In this document: piece after piece, positions 61,776 through 64,000 of the stretch | Numbering within the stretch: position 1 is the first letter of the stretch | Layout of the letters: each line of letters begins with the position of its first letter | From: Lepidodermella squamata | Lineage: Eukaryota > Animalia > Gastrotricha | Assembly (NCBI GenBank): GCA_047495785.1 | Contig: JBLDXI010000007.1 | Location: forward strand, 3,162,001 to 3,226,000 | Direction of reading: 5' to 3' | Length of the DNA stretch: 64,000 nucleotides | Made by a program: the position numbers and the translations under genes | The notes under the pieces: model-generated | Databases searched by the model: none | Told to the model about the DNA's origin: nothing | Seen by the model: only the letters and a program-made list of their open reading frames with translations

Positions 61776-63234
61776 TCACCAGTCATTAAATTCACACGTA
61801 TTGCGATTATAGCTGTCTTTGCTCAGCAACCGGGTTTCCGCCAGAGTTGCTTTATAAGCGGCTTCTCCGTCCCCGCCAGGCGTAGTCATCAGCATATCCA
61901 TTTTCGACAGCATGTAAAAGTCGATGAATTTCGCAGCGTTCGCCGCCCAATTATCGTCTTTCCCAAAGCAATTGGATTGCGAAGAACTTTGACTCGTTAT
62001 AACTCTGACATACGTTTTAGCGATACGGCCATGTGACAATGCCGTAACCAGCTGTTGCGGGAATTCTTCGCTACACAAAGAAGAATTGGCGAGGTAAATT
62101 GTAACATTTCTTGTTGACAGCTCTAATTTATGCTTGTCGGCATATGCTGCAATTTCGTCCAGGAAACAGTTGCAAAGCCGATTTGGACTTCCTGTTTTCA
62201 GATAGTAGAATTATTTCATGTGCTCATCGAATTCATTACTCACCTGATAAACCTATATTCGCAATATGGATGCCAATTTTGCGAGATTTCTCCCAAAACT
62301 TCATTCCCATTGTTGAATTCAATATGCAATCCAGAGCATCATCGAATTTCTCATTTGGGGTTGCGAAAACCACCTGAGCAGTAGCAGCCAAAGCTATATC
62401 AGGTTCGATTTTCCCGAATTGTGCGAAATTATGCTTAAAGGCTTCATTCTGAATAACAGATTGCAAACTCAAAAAATCATCTGTTGCAACAAGCCAGTTG
62501 ACAAATTTCCGATTATCTTCGCTTAAATTCTCCGACATTAGCATGGGGTTGTACCCCCGATCTGAGATTCTAGCTTGTTGGTGAAGCATCCACTTTGTAT
62601 TACCATCATTCGGATTATTTTCAGCCAGTCGTTGCTCGTAATGGGAGTCAGTAATCCCGTAAAAGTGCTCGTTGACCAGAAAAACTTCACCAAGGTTCAT
62701 TGGATCAGGCCAGTCGAGGCGAAATAGCCGCCCAGAACCGATTGCCAAGAACAGGGAGGTAGCTAGGCCTATAAGGCGTTTATTCAAGTCACCGCAACTT
62801 GGCCGAGCTCGAACTGCACACTTTTTACCGTTTTTGTTTATTGATGGGAAAAACTGGTCATAGCAGGCTTTTTGAGGTAGCTGAGGAAGTTCGCACGTTG
62901 CCGTTACCAACTGAAGGCCTACTCTGTCTTTTTCTAGTTTTTTCGATTGCTTGGTGAAGTAGGTGGACCAGATTGACTCAGCGAGAACTTTGGCCGATTG
63001 CTGCCGTGCCGAGAGTTTCCTCTCGTAAGAAATAATAATTTCTTCTGTAGGGAACTGCCAGCTTGTGGCTGCATCAATCGCACCAGGGCTTGATGTTACA
63101 TCTTTTTTGTGAAGTGATGGAATTATTGGTTTTGAAATTGAAGATTTCAGGAAGATTCGGATGGATAATATCAGAACAATGAGGGTTAGTATCACAGCTA
63201 AGACTTTGGTCACCCTTCTTTGCAGCGAAATCAT
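61776..63234 (-). CDS. Type II membrane fucosyltransferase-like protein (GT37/GT23/GT11 superfamily), 2 exons
   Basis: N-terminal signal anchor; 'GDLNKRLIGLATSLFLAIGSGRLFRLDW', 'KIGIHIA', 'IYLANS', 'IDFYMLSKMDMLMTT'; phase-1 intron from 62243 joins the two ORFs. Confidence 0.75.
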
Positions 63235-63688
63235 GGCAGTACGAGGCAATAAACAACAATGCACTGACACTTGAGGTAGCAATGGTTGATTGATATTAGA
63301 AGTAGCTCAATAGATCGATATTATGCATGCTTAAATCATGAGGCCGATGCTAATGCACTGAGAAAATGCGAGTATTAAAAGAACATTAGGATTACGGTAC
63401 TTGGGCATAGCAGGAGAGAACCTTAAATAAATAGCGATTTACAACAGAAATTAGGTTAAGATGTTCAGATTTTCAACCGTCAACACAGAACTCAATTCAG
63501 GACCGTTATCGGAACAATTTGAGTAAACTGCCAGAGTTAGAATAGATTATTGCTTCTTTATTTCAAACAAATTCCTTCACCATTCATATTTTTCTTAGTA
63601 TTTGATGCTGTAGAATTACGGCTGCAGGACAACAGAATCTGTACCGGAAAAACAATGCAAACCAAGAGGCAACATAGATAGAAATTTC

Positions 63689-64000
63689 CTAACCTTTACC
63701 TTTGGAGGAACTTGCTGTTGTAGACTCTTTCGTCACAGTCGTCGTAGTTTCCGGTTTTGTTTCATCCTTCGCCTCAGGTGTGGTAGCATCCGACGCAGTT
63801 GTCTCAGCATTCAGTTCCATCGCTCTCCACTTGGTCTTTGGAGTCGCTGACTTGTTCTTCCTGCTCCTCCTCTTCTTCTTCTTCTTTGTCTCACTTCCAA
63901 CATCGCCGGAATCAGTTGTTGCCTCGTTCTCAGCAGTGGTCACATCGCCTTTATTCGTAGCTTCAGTAGTCGATTCCTTCTTACCACCGACTTCGTTCAG
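63689..64000 (-). CDS. Partial Thr/Glu/Lys-rich low-complexity exon of a gene extending beyond the window
   Basis: Open frame with TTE/TTA repeats and KKKKKRRSRK, ending at candidate donors (GTAAAG/GTTAGG). Confidence 0.5.
   Translation of the reverse strand: MNEVGGKKESTTEATNKGDVTTAENEATTDSGDVGSETKKKKKRRSRKNKSATPKTKWRAMELNAETTASDATTPEAKDETKPETTTTVTKESTTASSSKGKG

Overview
Eukaryotic (invertebrate animal) genomic DNA with compact ~50-60 nt introns and dense transposon remnants; all gene models were spliced by hand from GT/GC-AG sites and reading frames. Host genes: an atypical nuclear receptor (3.2-4.8 kb); two paralogous orphan helical-repeat proteins (11-21.7 kb); a segmentally duplicated minus-strand locus (24.9-28.7 kb and 44.8-49.8 kb) in which a signal peptide, two beta-rich lectin-like repeats and a Thr/Ser mucin stalk appear to splice onto an intronless Cys-loop channel exon; two tandem nAChR-like subunits (53.2-57.3 kb); a NIT-like-domain receptor guanylyl cyclase with a degenerate catalytic site plus an internally deleted paralogue (57.4-61.2 kb); a degenerate fucosyltransferase-like gene; and a partial Thr/Lys/Glu-rich gene. 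Mobile DNA includes Tc1/mariner, pogo, CACTA, hAT, P-like, MULE, Harbinger-like, Helitron-like, LINE and Gypsy remnants, several with intact TSDs; several DNA transposons carry tRNA-like (one possibly SRP-Alu-like) cassettes. The best candidate for an undescribed system is the putative lectin-mucin-pentameric channel fusion, sitting in a wider cluster of divergent putative sensory receptors. No database searches were possible.
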